DNA from: Promethearchaeota archaeon
GTDB taxonomy: Archaea; Asgardarchaeota; Heimdallarchaeia; Hodarchaeales; Hodarchaeaceae
Length of the DNA: 64,000 nt
Direction of reading: 5' to 3'
Assembly: GCA_048938105.1 (NCBI GenBank)
Contig: JBHLMN010000008.1
Location: forward strand, 96,001-160,000
Shown: piece by piece, positions 11,101 to 19,863 of the stretch
Numbering within the stretch: position 1 is the first letter of the stretch
How the letters are laid out: every line of letters starts with the position of its first letter
Position numbers and translations under genes: made by a program
The notes under the pieces: generated by a model
What the model saw: the letters and a program-made list of their open reading frames with translations, nothing else
What the model was told of the DNA's origin: nothing
Databases searched by the model: none

Positions 11101-11237
11101 CTAGATTTGGAGTTTATGTTGACATTATTGCCCTTGATATCAGTGACTGGCTTTTATGTATCATTGCGGCACTCATTCCACTTTTAGTACTGGAAACAAC
11201 AAAATGGATTAATAGATTGAGAGGACAATATTACTAA
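8148..11237 (+). CDS. P-type ATPase (P2-like scaffold) with an atypical ion-binding site; true start probably ATG 8217 or 8226
   Basis: TGES, DKTGT, KGA, DPPR, MITGD and TGDGVND motifs; about 10 TM; M4 reads VVPINIP. Confidence 0.93.
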   Translation: MKYKTLFKQVININLVIESFAAGMIFMVTTDIEMKPAALSGHSIKLDELVSKLDSNLENGISQEYATKRLEEVGFNVIPKPKQSFWQVYLAPLLNTLIVIYLIMTAFILLLALIYLFINPDDTSIWITAAQWIVIVGVNFLIAIIQQARAQKKIEALHKMAAPEARVIRDGKEHEIPTEEVVPGDIIKIAQGDKIPADSRIIKSSSLRVNESSLTGESVPVTKVESGEPVFAEDTPIGDRKNMLFNGTFATMGSGLALVVNTGGNTEFGKISLELEQLNTGDIPIRQKVNVIGNYLAFGMLVVFSMLIIYQGAVILDKLKYGELSFAEPVLLIGEIIFSLSNIIIKAMSVVPINIPLLTTIILITGVLAMAKHRVIIRNLASIESLGRISVLCSDKTGTITAGQMTVKRIWDATTGKHYYVTGLGYSPEGKIVELKEDDDKIVEKDAKTYTEYTVELDSSLGMLITSGMLNNDSEIIKEFIEATGQYVYDGTGSPTESALLALFNKTGMEKNKIEEEFELLREYPFDSSLKRMSKVFKTKNEIFVFCKGATEVLLPKCSYIGFGKNREKITKEHKDKIMDYMEKFAGQGYRILSFAYRNIDKLPMKGDEERDEVEIDLSYLGFVTVLDPPRERVDESVNETLQAGIIPIMITGDSPLTASSIANNIGMVYLEEHQTHEGKMASQLADRDFTNTRVFARVAPQDKQIIVARYQQQQRVVAMTGDGVNDALALSMADAGIAMGIAGTEVSKQAADLVIADDSFNSIVTGIREGRALFQRIRVIIFFYICANLAEAGCYIGASFISGFIPGFELMDHLQRAYIFGIAHSFPPLALIIDGIPKDIMDRKPIDTAGIFNKRLALTLLLTSISLATVIYIVYFITYFAFIPVNEVFVEGFYRPIFQTEVETYPDVPNLRPQNWNHAKARTYMHTILYIAIPLIILSIRRIDKSLIRAIKEDSYWYTYVLAFSILPLHLILMYIKEIQELIARFGVYVDIIALDISDWLLCIIAALIPLLVLETTKWINRLRGQYY

Positions 11238-11247
11238 CTTTTTTTTA
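11238..11247 (+). terminator. Oligo-T archaeal-type terminator after the ATPase gene
   Basis: Run of about 9 T immediately after the stop codon, between convergent genes. Confidence 0.5.
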
Positions 11248-11321
11248 CATATAAGTTTATCAAAGAAACCTCCTCATCTATTATAACATGTAAAAGACGT
11301 TAATTAGTAAACTATTTAGTA

Positions 11322-12698
11322 TTATAGCTCAATTTCAGCCTTAGAATTCTCTTTTCGCCAAAATCTTCTATAGTACCACCCTCCAGTTCGCTTTCCAATA
11401 GAAACTTCATTGATGTCGGAAATCCAATTTTTTTCTATTTCACGTGCTTCTTCAAAAGCTTTCTTCGATAATTGGAATAAAATATCTTTACGCTGGTCGA
11501 ATGGTTGGGAGGTAAGTTGAGATTTTGTTTCAGTAACTATTGCAATCCACTTCTGCTCATACTGTTCGATATCAGGATGAATTATTCGAATTCTTGTTTG
11601 GTAATCTTCAAGAATTAAACGATGGATTCGTTCATGCTGCCACCACATACTTTTTGGATCATACTTATTTTTTGGCCTTGGACCAATATCAGGAAGTCCT
11701 GCGTCGAGGAAAACAGGTTTAAAGAGGGAAGTACAAGGAGCTGCTGTTCCAGTAACCCAATGTGTTTGAAGATCTGAGTGGAGATGTGATACTAAAGATC
11801 CTGTTGTTTGACTTATCACAAAAATTGGCCTGCAATGAATACAAATGTTATCGAATGAGCTTTTTGAAGGATTCCAGTTATTAATCTTTTTAGGCTCTTT
11901 GATATTATGGTCTCGGAGTATAGCCATCATGAACGCTGTATCTATGCTCCCTTTTTTTTCAAGAAGCTTTTGAGTTGTGAATTTATGTCTCTTAAGTCCC
12001 TTTCCTCCCCAAGTTCTTATATCAGTTATTCTAGCGGTAAATGCCCTAGCAAAATGGAAATTTTTTCGTTTACTATAACCCTTTTTTACGGCATAAGTGA
12101 TGGCATCAGGATGAATACGATCGTATTTCTTTCCGATAGTGAGTGCGTTCGAAATAGTCCTAATATCCTCAACTTTCTCAACACACCAGAACCTATCTGC
12201 AGTCTCCAAGACCCATGCTTCATTGGGATCAGCAATAAGCCATGAATTATGATAACCTCCCTCAGAATAACCTGGACATGTATGATTCCCTCCTTGACCA
12301 TATTTTTCCAATAAATGTATGATTACATCTACAGCTTGGGTAGCAGTTTCAACTCTCTCTAGAGCCAAACGAATGAAATCCATCCCGAGTAATCCTTTAT
12401 CTTGTTCTGGTTCTTTAGTAAACACTGCTTCATTTCCGATGGTTACCCCATATTCATTTGCACCCATTTCACATCCATATATCCAGTAAGGGGAGGAGAG
12501 GAGTATAGCAAAGGTCTCTTCAACTTGAGGGATCTCCAAATTTGTTGTTTTCACAACTTCTTGGTCAGGATCATGTGTTTGACGAGGATAAAATTGAAGA
12601 TAATGGCTTTCATTCACTACTCTATCGGAATTTTTAGCCAGAAGTACACTTCCATCGGCAGTACTGTTTTTTAATGCTACTAATGTATCGCACAACAT
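11322..12698 (-). CDS. Peptidase C69 / secernin-family Ntn hydrolase
   Basis: N-terminal CDT, AKNSDR, GCEMGANEYGV.IGNEAV, GMDFIRLALER and PCTSLFKP. Confidence 0.9.
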   Translation of the reverse strand: MLCDTLVALKNSTADGSVLLAKNSDRVVNESHYLQFYPRQTHDPDQEVVKTTNLEIPQVEETFAILLSSPYWIYGCEMGANEYGVTIGNEAVFTKEPEQDKGLLGMDFIRLALERVETATQAVDVIIHLLEKYGQGGNHTCPGYSEGGYHNSWLIADPNEAWVLETADRFWCVEKVEDIRTISNALTIGKKYDRIHPDAITYAVKKGYSKRKNFHFARAFTARITDIRTWGGKGLKRHKFTTQKLLEKKGSIDTAFMMAILRDHNIKEPKKINNWNPSKSSFDNICIHCRPIFVISQTTGSLVSHLHSDLQTHWVTGTAAPCTSLFKPVFLDAGLPDIGPRPKNKYDPKSMWWQHERIHRLILEDYQTRIRIIHPDIEQYEQKWIAIVTETKSQLTSQPFDQRKDILFQLSKKAFEEAREIEKNWISDINEVSIGKRTGGWYYRRFWRKENSKAEIEL

Positions 12699-12867
12699 AT
12701 CTCACCAGAACTTTATATGATTATTAAGATAATTAGAATGTTTCTAACAGCCAATCTATTTGCAATACCGTGTATCACTACCTGTTAATAATTATTGGAA
12801 ATAAAAAGATAAATGTTGAATAAAAATACTGTTTTTTACTATAAAAAATATCTTATTGGTGTTTAGA

Positions 12868-12975
12868 ATGGAAAATTACTTGAAGGAATCTATTACATTA
12901 CTTTCAGAGCTAATTCAGAACAAATGCGTCAACCCTCCAAGTAATAAAATGAAATCGATTCAATCCATTCAATGA
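12868..12975 (+). pseudogene. N-terminal remnant of an M20/ArgE-DapE-family metallohydrolase
   Basis: GGTG RBS, then MENYLKESITLLSELIQNKCVNPPSNKMKSIQSIQ*, which resembles the M20 start 'LL.ELI...VNPPGNE'. Truncated after 35 codons. Confidence 0.55.
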
Positions 12976-13172
12976 TTCTTATGATCCGAAAAACAAAGAA
13001 AATATAATTCATTCCACTCAGGCTGTTTTACACCTAGTTTGGGAGTCAGTGGCTCCATTTCAACATAATTCTTATGAAATTAATCAACCAAGAGCCCAAA
13101 CTGTAACTGTTATTCTGATAGGAAATCTTTAAGAAGATTTTCATTCTTTTGTGTTTCTACAGGAGAAATGTC

Positions 13173-13862
13173 ATGAAAAAACTGAAATGTGTTTTCATTG
13201 ATATGGTTGATGATCGAAGGAGGAGAACATTAGGAGAAGAGGAGAATCTACCCCCGTATTCTACTTTCCAGGAGTATCCATTTAATAGCCACATTAGTAG
13301 TCGAGTAAAAGAGATTTTTGGTTGGACCACGGATTTAATGAAGGATACTTCTTTCGGTGAATATGAGATTAGCATTCATGTCATTACATTAGATTATCTC
13401 CAACGACATGGCATCACTCAACACTTCTATTCGCCTCATGGGCCTAAATATGATGATAAATATTCTTACCTACATGGTATGAATTTACTTACTTTAGAGG
13501 GTTATAATAGAAGCCATTTGATATACTCGATCAAGAGAATCCGTCACATCTTTCAAAAAAAACTAATTACGGCCAAAACAAAAAAGTCCCGTTCCATTAA
13601 GGTGAATGATTTAAGAAATTCATACGTTGTACCAGTTGATCGTCCCAGAGTCGGGATTTTAACACCACGCATAAACTTACATACATCATGGGTTCAAGAC
13701 TTAAATAATCTCTCAGAATTTAATATTATCTCCAGTGATATTCGTGATTTAGTACCAGATATATCTCCTGATAATTTTGTTGATTATTCTTTATCCCGAA
13801 GTTATAAGTATAATTTGGATGATTATAATCAAATATTTGATCAAATCCTTGAAACCATATAA
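13173..13862 (+). CDS. Hypothetical protein
   Basis: Open frame of about 229 aa with an AGGAG RBS before ATG 13173; no recognisable motif. Confidence 0.6.
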   Translation: MKKLKCVFIDMVDDRRRRTLGEEENLPPYSTFQEYPFNSHISSRVKEIFGWTTDLMKDTSFGEYEISIHVITLDYLQRHGITQHFYSPHGPKYDDKYSYLHGMNLLTLEGYNRSHLIYSIKRIRHIFQKKLITAKTKKSRSIKVNDLRNSYVVPVDRPRVGILTPRINLHTSWVQDLNNLSEFNIISSDIRDLVPDISPDNFVDYSLSRSYKYNLDDYNQIFDQILETI

Positions 13863-13897
13863 TATATTATCTGACTGTATTACTCTCGATCTGATTG

Positions 13898-14584
13898 TTA
13901 CTTTTCGGGTTTAACACAAAGGATCTTAGATAAGTGGCTAGGAATCTTATATTCGGTGTTATTTATTTCTACGGAAACTCCTTCTGTATCCCTATCTTTA
14001 ACAACTATTTTTGTATCAATCTCATGAATCTGATATGATTCCAGTTCTTTAATGGTTTCTGTTGAATGACTGCTAATTCTAGTCAAGATAACTATGTTTC
14101 CAGTCGGGATATCGACCAAGTTTTGATCATCACAACCTAGATCCTCAACGTCTCCCATTGGAATTATGTCTCCAAATGGAGTTTTTTTATCTTTCAGTTT
14201 TTTAAAGATTATTTCAGCAAGACGATCCGATATCCCATGTTCTAAGTAACACGCCTGTTCATGAAGCTCACTAAATGGTACATCAAATATTTGATAAAGC
14301 ATTGCTTCGGCCAGTCTATGATTTCTTGCAATTCGTCGTGCAACTTGATATCCTAGTTTAGTCAAGAGGATCCCATCATACGGTGTATAATCAACATAGC
14401 CCCGAGGTTCTAATTTCCGCCGTACGATGTTTGTTAATTGGGTTTTAGCAATATCTTGGTCTAATTTATCTAAAATCTCTCCCATCTTTATCCGTTGTTT
14501 CATCTCTTTGTTAATAGTAATATCAAAAAGAACTTCCATTATCTCTTCTTCAATGTTCCTAAGATCAAATTTTTTTTCATGCAT
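13898..14584 (-). CDS. DtxR/MntR-family metal-dependent transcriptional regulator with a C-terminal FeoA-like domain
   Basis: wHTH ..GYVDYTPYDGILLT..G, HRLAE, ACYLEH metal ligands and TPFGD.IP. Confidence 0.9.
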   Translation of the reverse strand: MHEKKFDLRNIEEEIMEVLFDITINKEMKQRIKMGEILDKLDQDIAKTQLTNIVRRKLEPRGYVDYTPYDGILLTKLGYQVARRIARNHRLAEAMLYQIFDVPFSELHEQACYLEHGISDRLAEIIFKKLKDKKTPFGDIIPMGDVEDLGCDDQNLVDIPTGNIVILTRISSHSTETIKELESYQIHEIDTKIVVKDRDTEGVSVEINNTEYKIPSHLSKILCVKPEK

Positions 14585-14694
14585 TTGAACATACCTGATC
14601 CTTTAATTAAGGATGAAAGGTTATATATAAAATGGTTTATCCTTTTTAATTCTTTATTCTCAAAGTTATTTTGTTGATCGTAGAAAAATCTAAG

Positions 14695-14720
14695 TATAAT
14701 ACTTTAAACGAAGTATTATA
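14695..14720. promoter_or_regulatory. Perfect inverted repeat, candidate operator
   Basis: TATAATACTT-taaacg-AAGTATTATA (10-bp arms) between the divergent DtxR and acyltransferase genes. Confidence 0.5.
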
Positions 14721-14735
14721 TTTTGTCTTCTTTTT

Positions 14736-15485
14736 TTGTCACTCATGTCATTATTTACTCATATTCGCATTATAACATATTTCATTTTTACTATTCTCGT
14801 TCTTATTATATCTTTCTTCCCTGAAGGATGGTTAATCTATTATCTAATAACAACGCCAGAACTTGATGAAATATACTACCTTTTGTCCCCTCTGTACCTC
14901 TTTATAGCCTACTGCGGAACAGTTTTTTTCTTCGGTGTTGTGCATTCTCAATTCGTTGTGCGACTCCTACTCCCCTACCAGATAAAACCAGGTAAATATC
15001 CACATCACTCTTCAATGGGACGATTGGTAGCTGTAAGGATAACAGCAGATGGTATTTTCAAATCCATGTTAAAGGTGTTTACCTTCATTCCTTTTATTTG
15101 GGGGATCTTCCTCTTTCCCTATGGTTTAAGGTTATACGGACTTAAATGTGGTAAAAACGTCCACATTGCTACAAGGACATACATTGAAACCGGTGGTTTA
15201 GTTGAGATTGGTGATAATTCGTTTATCGGGTATAATAGTGTAGTAACAGGACATGCTAATGAAGATCGTGCTATTGTTGTCGATCCTACAAAAATCGGTA
15301 AAAATTGCTTAGTAGGGACTTATTCAATAGTTGCTTGTGGTTGTGAACTTGGAGATGGTAGTACTTTAGGAGGGATGAGTGGTATGCTAAAAGGGCAAAA
15401 AATCCCACCTAATGAAATCTGGATTGGTATTCCTGCAAAATATCTTAGAAAACGTGGTGAAAAAGAAACCACTGTCACCGAGTAA
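14736..15485 (+). CDS. Membrane-anchored left-handed beta-helix (hexapeptide) acyltransferase
   Basis: N-terminal TM helices, then G.KCGKNVHI, VEIGDNSFIG, TKIGKNCLVG and W.GIPAK. Confidence 0.82.
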   Translation: MSLMSLFTHIRIITYFIFTILVLIISFFPEGWLIYYLITTPELDEIYYLLSPLYLFIAYCGTVFFFGVVHSQFVVRLLLPYQIKPGKYPHHSSMGRLVAVRITADGIFKSMLKVFTFIPFIWGIFLFPYGLRLYGLKCGKNVHIATRTYIETGGLVEIGDNSFIGYNSVVTGHANEDRAIVVDPTKIGKNCLVGTYSIVACGCELGDGSTLGGMSGMLKGQKIPPNEIWIGIPAKYLRKRGEKETTVTE

Positions 15486-15509
15486 GCTTTTCTTCATTTA
15501 ATCGTTAAT

Positions 15510-16184
15510 TTATTCCCAATTAGGATTGAATCTTCTTTTCTTGCTTATTGACACACCATATTTCAGAAGTCCCACGGTAATAAACAATGCACAAATAACT
15601 CCATCTAGGACGGGAACGTTAAGTTTTTCCTGAAGATATTTGTCTAAACCAGTCATTCCTGCGCAACCCAAGACAATCACTTCTGCCATGTCTTCATAAA
15701 TAGCAAGTTTTGCCACCTTTAGATATTTTTCTTCTTCGTTAAATTTAGCCATATTCTTATCAGGTGCTCTTATTGAAGCTAAAACATCCTGAAGATGATA
15801 TTTTCTTACTAATTCTTCTTTGATAGGGATAGAATGTTTAGATGTGGATACAACAGAGAAACGATGACCAAGCATGGAAGCTATTTTCATTGAAGCTTCT
15901 CCAATTCCTACAACTGGTTTATTAGTGAGCTCTTTTATAACATCGAGGTTAGGGTCATCATGACATGCTACAATATAAGCATCATATTGTATATTTTCTT
16001 TAACTAATTGCATCATTCCTGAAGCTGCTTTAAGTTCGTCCTCATACGTTTCAATGAATTTAGGAGCCCCAGGTGTAAGCTTGCAGGTCACCTCGATATT
16101 TTCATATATAAAATCCTCTGCTGTTTTCTGGATCGCCTCAGTCATTACTGGATCGCTATTTGGATTGATAATTAGTATTTTCAT
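15510..16184 (-). CDS. Asp/Glu/hydantoin (allantoin) racemase family
   Basis: KILIINPNS, ACHDDP, PVVGIGEA and VLGCAGM (two catalytic Cys). Confidence 0.9.
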   Translation of the reverse strand: MKILIINPNSDPVMTEAIQKTAEDFIYENIEVTCKLTPGAPKFIETYEDELKAASGMMQLVKENIQYDAYIVACHDDPNLDVIKELTNKPVVGIGEASMKIASMLGHRFSVVSTSKHSIPIKEELVRKYHLQDVLASIRAPDKNMAKFNEEEKYLKVAKLAIYEDMAEVIVLGCAGMTGLDKYLQEKLNVPVLDGVICALFITVGLLKYGVSISKKRRFNPNWE

Positions 16185-16213
16185 AAAGACACTTCTCAGT
16201 TAAAACCTTCTTT

Positions 16214-17596
16214 TTATTGCGCTAATTTATGATATTCTTTTGCAAGAGTCCTAATATAGTCGATTGTTTCCATTATTATTTCAGAAGTAATATTTACATT
16301 GATGATTACTAAACGTAAAACTGTTTTATTTTGAATTTTTGTCAAAGAGATAGAACGTTTTCCTTCTGTTTTCATTCGATGATAAACATACTCTTGAAGT
16401 TGATCTAGATGTATTTTAGGAAAACCTTCAGGCGTGATGCGAATACAAAGAATTCCTAAATCTGGTTTATGACATAATTCAATATCAGGACTATTTAAAA
16501 GCTTATTATATACAGTTTCAACCGCAATGAGAGGAGTATGGAGTCGTTGAATAATTTTTTCCAAACCAAGATAACGAATAGAGGTAATTAGAGGAAGAGC
16601 AGAGAAAGGTCGTGTTGATGGGGGTGATTTTAACCCTGGGTTTGGTTCAGGATCTCCTTTACGATTCCAATAATCCCCATACATTGCCATTCGCTCAAAG
16701 TCTTCTTTTCGACGTACAAAAAGGAGGGAATTAGGTATTGGTACCCCAAATTGTTTATGTGGATCCCAAGTGATTGAATCTGCAAGTTCTATACCAGAAA
16801 AAAGCTCTTTTCGTTCTGGAACTAAAGAATAAGCCAACCCATAAGCGCCATCAATGTGTAACCAAATTCGAAATTTCTCACATAATTGTGCTATTGGAAA
16901 AATTGGATCTATAGAACCAGTTGAAGTTGTACCTGCAGTAGCAATCGCACAAAAAATGTCCTTTTTATTCTGTAATTCAGTTAAAATTTCCTGCATGTGT
17001 TTAACATCAATACGAAAATCATTATCAACTGGTAAGGTCACGAGACTTTGTTCACCAAGTCCCATTATTCGTAAAGCATGTTTTAAAGAAAAATGAGCTT
17101 CTTGAGAAGTTACTGCAACTAAACGAGAAGGATCTTCAAAACCCTGCATCCCTTTTTTGGCAAAATCAAAACCATGTTGTTCTGCAGCCCAATGAAGTGC
17201 CAAATACAAAGCTGATTGATTGGAATAAGTACCACAGTACATAAAAGTCGCGTCAGAGTTAGAAGGGAGCCCAAATAATTGGCAAAGCGCTTTACAGCAT
17301 AGTTCCTCTGACATAACTGCACCAGGGGAAACCTCCCAATTGGTCACCCCTTGATTAAATTGTAGTGCAAAGCTTGCACCAAATTTAGCCCCTTCCTCAG
17401 GGAAGAAATTAAACAGAGATTGAAATTCAGGACGATCATAATGCATAAGATGTGGTAATAGTCGTTCTTCAATCATCTGTCGAAGTTTTTCTAAGGATAG
17501 CCCCTCATTTTGAAAATCAAATAACGGTTTTAAATCTGAGGTAATTTCTTCTGGAGAAGCACCAGAATAAATAGGATTGTTGAAGGATCTGTTCAT
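16214..17596 (-). CDS. Group II PLP-dependent amino-acid decarboxylase
   Basis: AHFS, ATAGTT.TG.ID, WLHIDGAYG and ADSITWDPHK (PLP lysine). ATG 17596 is preferred over GTG 17605. Confidence 0.9.
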   Translation of the reverse strand: MNRSFNNPIYSGASPEEITSDLKPLFDFQNEGLSLEKLRQMIEERLLPHLMHYDRPEFQSLFNFFPEEGAKFGASFALQFNQGVTNWEVSPGAVMSEELCCKALCQLFGLPSNSDATFMYCGTYSNQSALYLALHWAAEQHGFDFAKKGMQGFEDPSRLVAVTSQEAHFSLKHALRIMGLGEQSLVTLPVDNDFRIDVKHMQEILTELQNKKDIFCAIATAGTTSTGSIDPIFPIAQLCEKFRIWLHIDGAYGLAYSLVPERKELFSGIELADSITWDPHKQFGVPIPNSLLFVRRKEDFERMAMYGDYWNRKGDPEPNPGLKSPPSTRPFSALPLITSIRYLGLEKIIQRLHTPLIAVETVYNKLLNSPDIELCHKPDLGILCIRITPEGFPKIHLDQLQEYVYHRMKTEGKRSISLTKIQNKTVLRLVIINVNITSEIIMETIDYIRTLAKEYHKLAQ

Positions 17597-17617
17597 ACTT
17601 ATCACTAGAAATATTCG

Positions 17618-18244
17618 CTATATTTTGATTGAGACGCAAATCCCATCTCCTACAGGGATAATTGTAGAAAATACTCTTGGATCAGAAAATGCAAGTCTAT
17701 TATATTCTTGAACTCCCTTTGTGCTTTCTCTTTCAGGAATTGGTTGTATTACTCTCCCATACCATAAAGCATTATCCGTGATAAGAAGACCTCCTTTATG
17801 TAATTTGGGAATAGCTTGTCTGAAAGCTTGTGGATATTCTTGCTTGTCCACATCATTGAAAATAATGTCAAATTCTCCTTGGATTTGGTTGATGACTTCA
17901 AGAGAATCCCCCACTATATATTTAATATTTGTGATCACTAATCTTTTAAAATAAGAAATAGCTAAATTCTTATTCTCTTCAGAAGCATCTGTACAGATTA
18001 TTTCAGTATCATCAGATGCTGCTTTAGCAAAATATACAGCTGAATAGCCATATCCAGACCCTAATTCTAGGATTTTTTTCGCATTAATAAGGCGGGTATA
18101 TTGATACAGTAATCGGCCAACAAGAGGACTAATTATAGGAAAATCATGTTTTTTAGCATATAATTCCATTTCCACTAGGACGGGGTCTTTCTCTTTTATT
18201 AAATCTAACATGTAATCATGTAAACCATCCATTAGAATACCCAT
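17618..18244 (-). CDS. SAM-dependent O-methyltransferase (Methyltransf_3-like)
   Basis: ILELGSGYGYS, FDIIFND.DK, GGLLITDNALW.G and PVGDG. Confidence 0.9.
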   Translation of the reverse strand: MGILMDGLHDYMLDLIKEKDPVLVEMELYAKKHDFPIISPLVGRLLYQYTRLINAKKILELGSGYGYSAVYFAKAASDDTEIICTDASEENKNLAISYFKRLVITNIKYIVGDSLEVINQIQGEFDIIFNDVDKQEYPQAFRQAIPKLHKGGLLITDNALWYGRVIQPIPERESTKGVQEYNRLAFSDPRVFSTIIPVGDGICVSIKI

Positions 18245-18455
18245 AATTCACACCAAATTCTTTAATTGAAAAAAATTAAAAATTAAAGTATTGAATGAGC
18301 TAAAATCTAGTTTATTTTCCTTTGTTAAGAATCTAATAAAAAAGATAAGTTTACTAAAAAAAAGGGTTCCTCTCTTTAGTCTCCCTCATAAATTCTCCGA
18401 AATAACAGGAAAACTGTTTCATGAGCTACTAGAGCTATAAAATGGAAATTACGGC

Positions 18456-19202
18456 TTAAGAACCATTTTTCCAATCTTCAACGACTTTGTTCGCCTCTCT
18501 AGCGTATTCTAACTTCTTATTATCTAGCTTGGGGTGAGGATCTTGTTCGATAAATTCGAAATATGAACATTGGAAACATTTTGTGTATAATAACAATTTA
18601 GGTATTGTTTCAGGCACTCGTACAAGATGGCAATGATTAATTGAGTTAACAAACTCCTTAAAGCTTTCTAAATCTACATTAACAAACTCTAGTGTGTCAA
18701 TATAATTAAAATTTATTGTTATGTTCGTTTTTGATAGATCTAAGAGGTCTTCATTCGTAATTATAAGCTGCTCCTGATGACTGACTGATATCTCTGCCTG
18801 TCTCTTCATGAGCTTTCTTAAACTGTCCGCTGAGAAGTCAGGAAATGCCCCATCAAATTTCAAAACAAAATCTTCCATCAAAGATGTAAGAAGTTCTCCT
18901 GGATTATAATCTAATTTCTTTGATAAATTATAGAAATCATTGTATAACAATTCATCTATTTCTTTGATTAAAAGGTTTAAGGATTCTTCATTCAGATCAT
19001 TTTTTTGTATCCATTTGTTGCGTGCTTCTTTGAGGATATCAATCTCACTAAAGAGAATCTCTCGTTCAAAGAGAATTTTCTCTATTAATACTATCAATTC
19101 CTCTTTAGAAACATATTTTTTCTGAACTTGATTGCGATAGGTTTCAATCTCCTTTGATAACTCAGCCTTTAGTTGAGTAGGATTGATTGCTTTCACACTC
19201 AT
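18456..19202 (-). CDS. Hypothetical protein (N-terminal coiled coil; C-terminal domain paralogous to 19241..19819)
   Basis: Shares ISH..L.I...DL....NF..ID.L.F...F...V.S..HC..VR.P...PKL..Y.K...C with its neighbour. Confidence 0.75.
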   Translation of the reverse strand: MSVKAINPTQLKAELSKEIETYRNQVQKKYVSKEELIVLIEKILFEREILFSEIDILKEARNKWIQKNDLNEESLNLLIKEIDELLYNDFYNLSKKLDYNPGELLTSLMEDFVLKFDGAFPDFSADSLRKLMKRQAEISVSHQEQLIITNEDLLDLSKTNITINFNYIDTLEFVNVDLESFKEFVNSINHCHLVRVPETIPKLLLYTKCFQCSYFEFIEQDPHPKLDNKKLEYAREANKVVEDWKNGS

Positions 19203-19240
19203 TAAATCACAACCACATTAGTATTCAAAAGAGAACTTCA

Positions 19241-19819
19241 TCAATCTTCAAGCGTATTTTTTGAATTGTTATCTTCAACGTTATAAACTTCAATTCTATC
19301 ACAAAATTGAAGTTTGGAATACATAATAAGCTTAGGAAAAATAGATGGCATTCTAACAGTTCCACAATGACTAACACTCTTTACATATTGAGTAAAAACT
19401 TCCCGTGTCACATCAGGAAGAAATGTGAGTTTATCAATATGTGAAAAATTAACTTGTGCGTTTGCTTCCTCGAGATCAGCTCGACTAATCTTGAGTCGAT
19501 CATAATGATTAATTGATAGCCTCTCAAGGGTAAAATTATTGAATGTGGTTCTTGCCCGTAAAGCAGGAAGATCATCTAGAGAGTCATCTAAATCCATAAT
19601 GATGTCATTCATCATTTTAGTAATAGCTTCCCCTAAATTCATTCGTAGATTTCTAATCTTGTATGAAAATTGGTCATAGATATCACTATCAATTCCACGG
19701 ATAGTAACATTTTTGAGTTTAGATTTCCCTTCTTTCCAACCTTCCTCTTCGTTTTCTGCTTCTTCTTGTACATCTTCACTTTCAAGCTCGTGATCTTTTT
19801 CTGATTCATGTTCACTCAT
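19241..19819 (-). CDS. Hypothetical protein with an acidic N-terminus and a ribbon-helix-helix-like DNA-binding segment
   Basis: KNVTIRGIDSDIYDQF..KIRNLRMNLGEAITKMM fits the beta-alpha-alpha RHH pattern; GAGG RBS. Confidence 0.7.
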   Translation of the reverse strand: MSEHESEKDHELESEDVQEEAENEEEGWKEGKSKLKNVTIRGIDSDIYDQFSYKIRNLRMNLGEAITKMMNDIIMDLDDSLDDLPALRARTTFNNFTLERLSINHYDRLKISRADLEEANAQVNFSHIDKLTFLPDVTREVFTQYVKSVSHCGTVRMPSIFPKLIMYSKLQFCDRIEVYNVEDNNSKNTLED

Positions 19820-19863
19820 GAAAAATTCCTCAATTAGTGGTTTAAGTTTTACGCGCTATTCTT

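Noticed and set aside
8148-11237. Calling the ATPase a bona fide P4 flippase
   Set aside because: It retains TGES and P2-type motifs (DPPR, TGDGVND) rather than the P4 DGET and GDG.ND context, and no CDC50 is seen; only the M4 Ile is P4-like.
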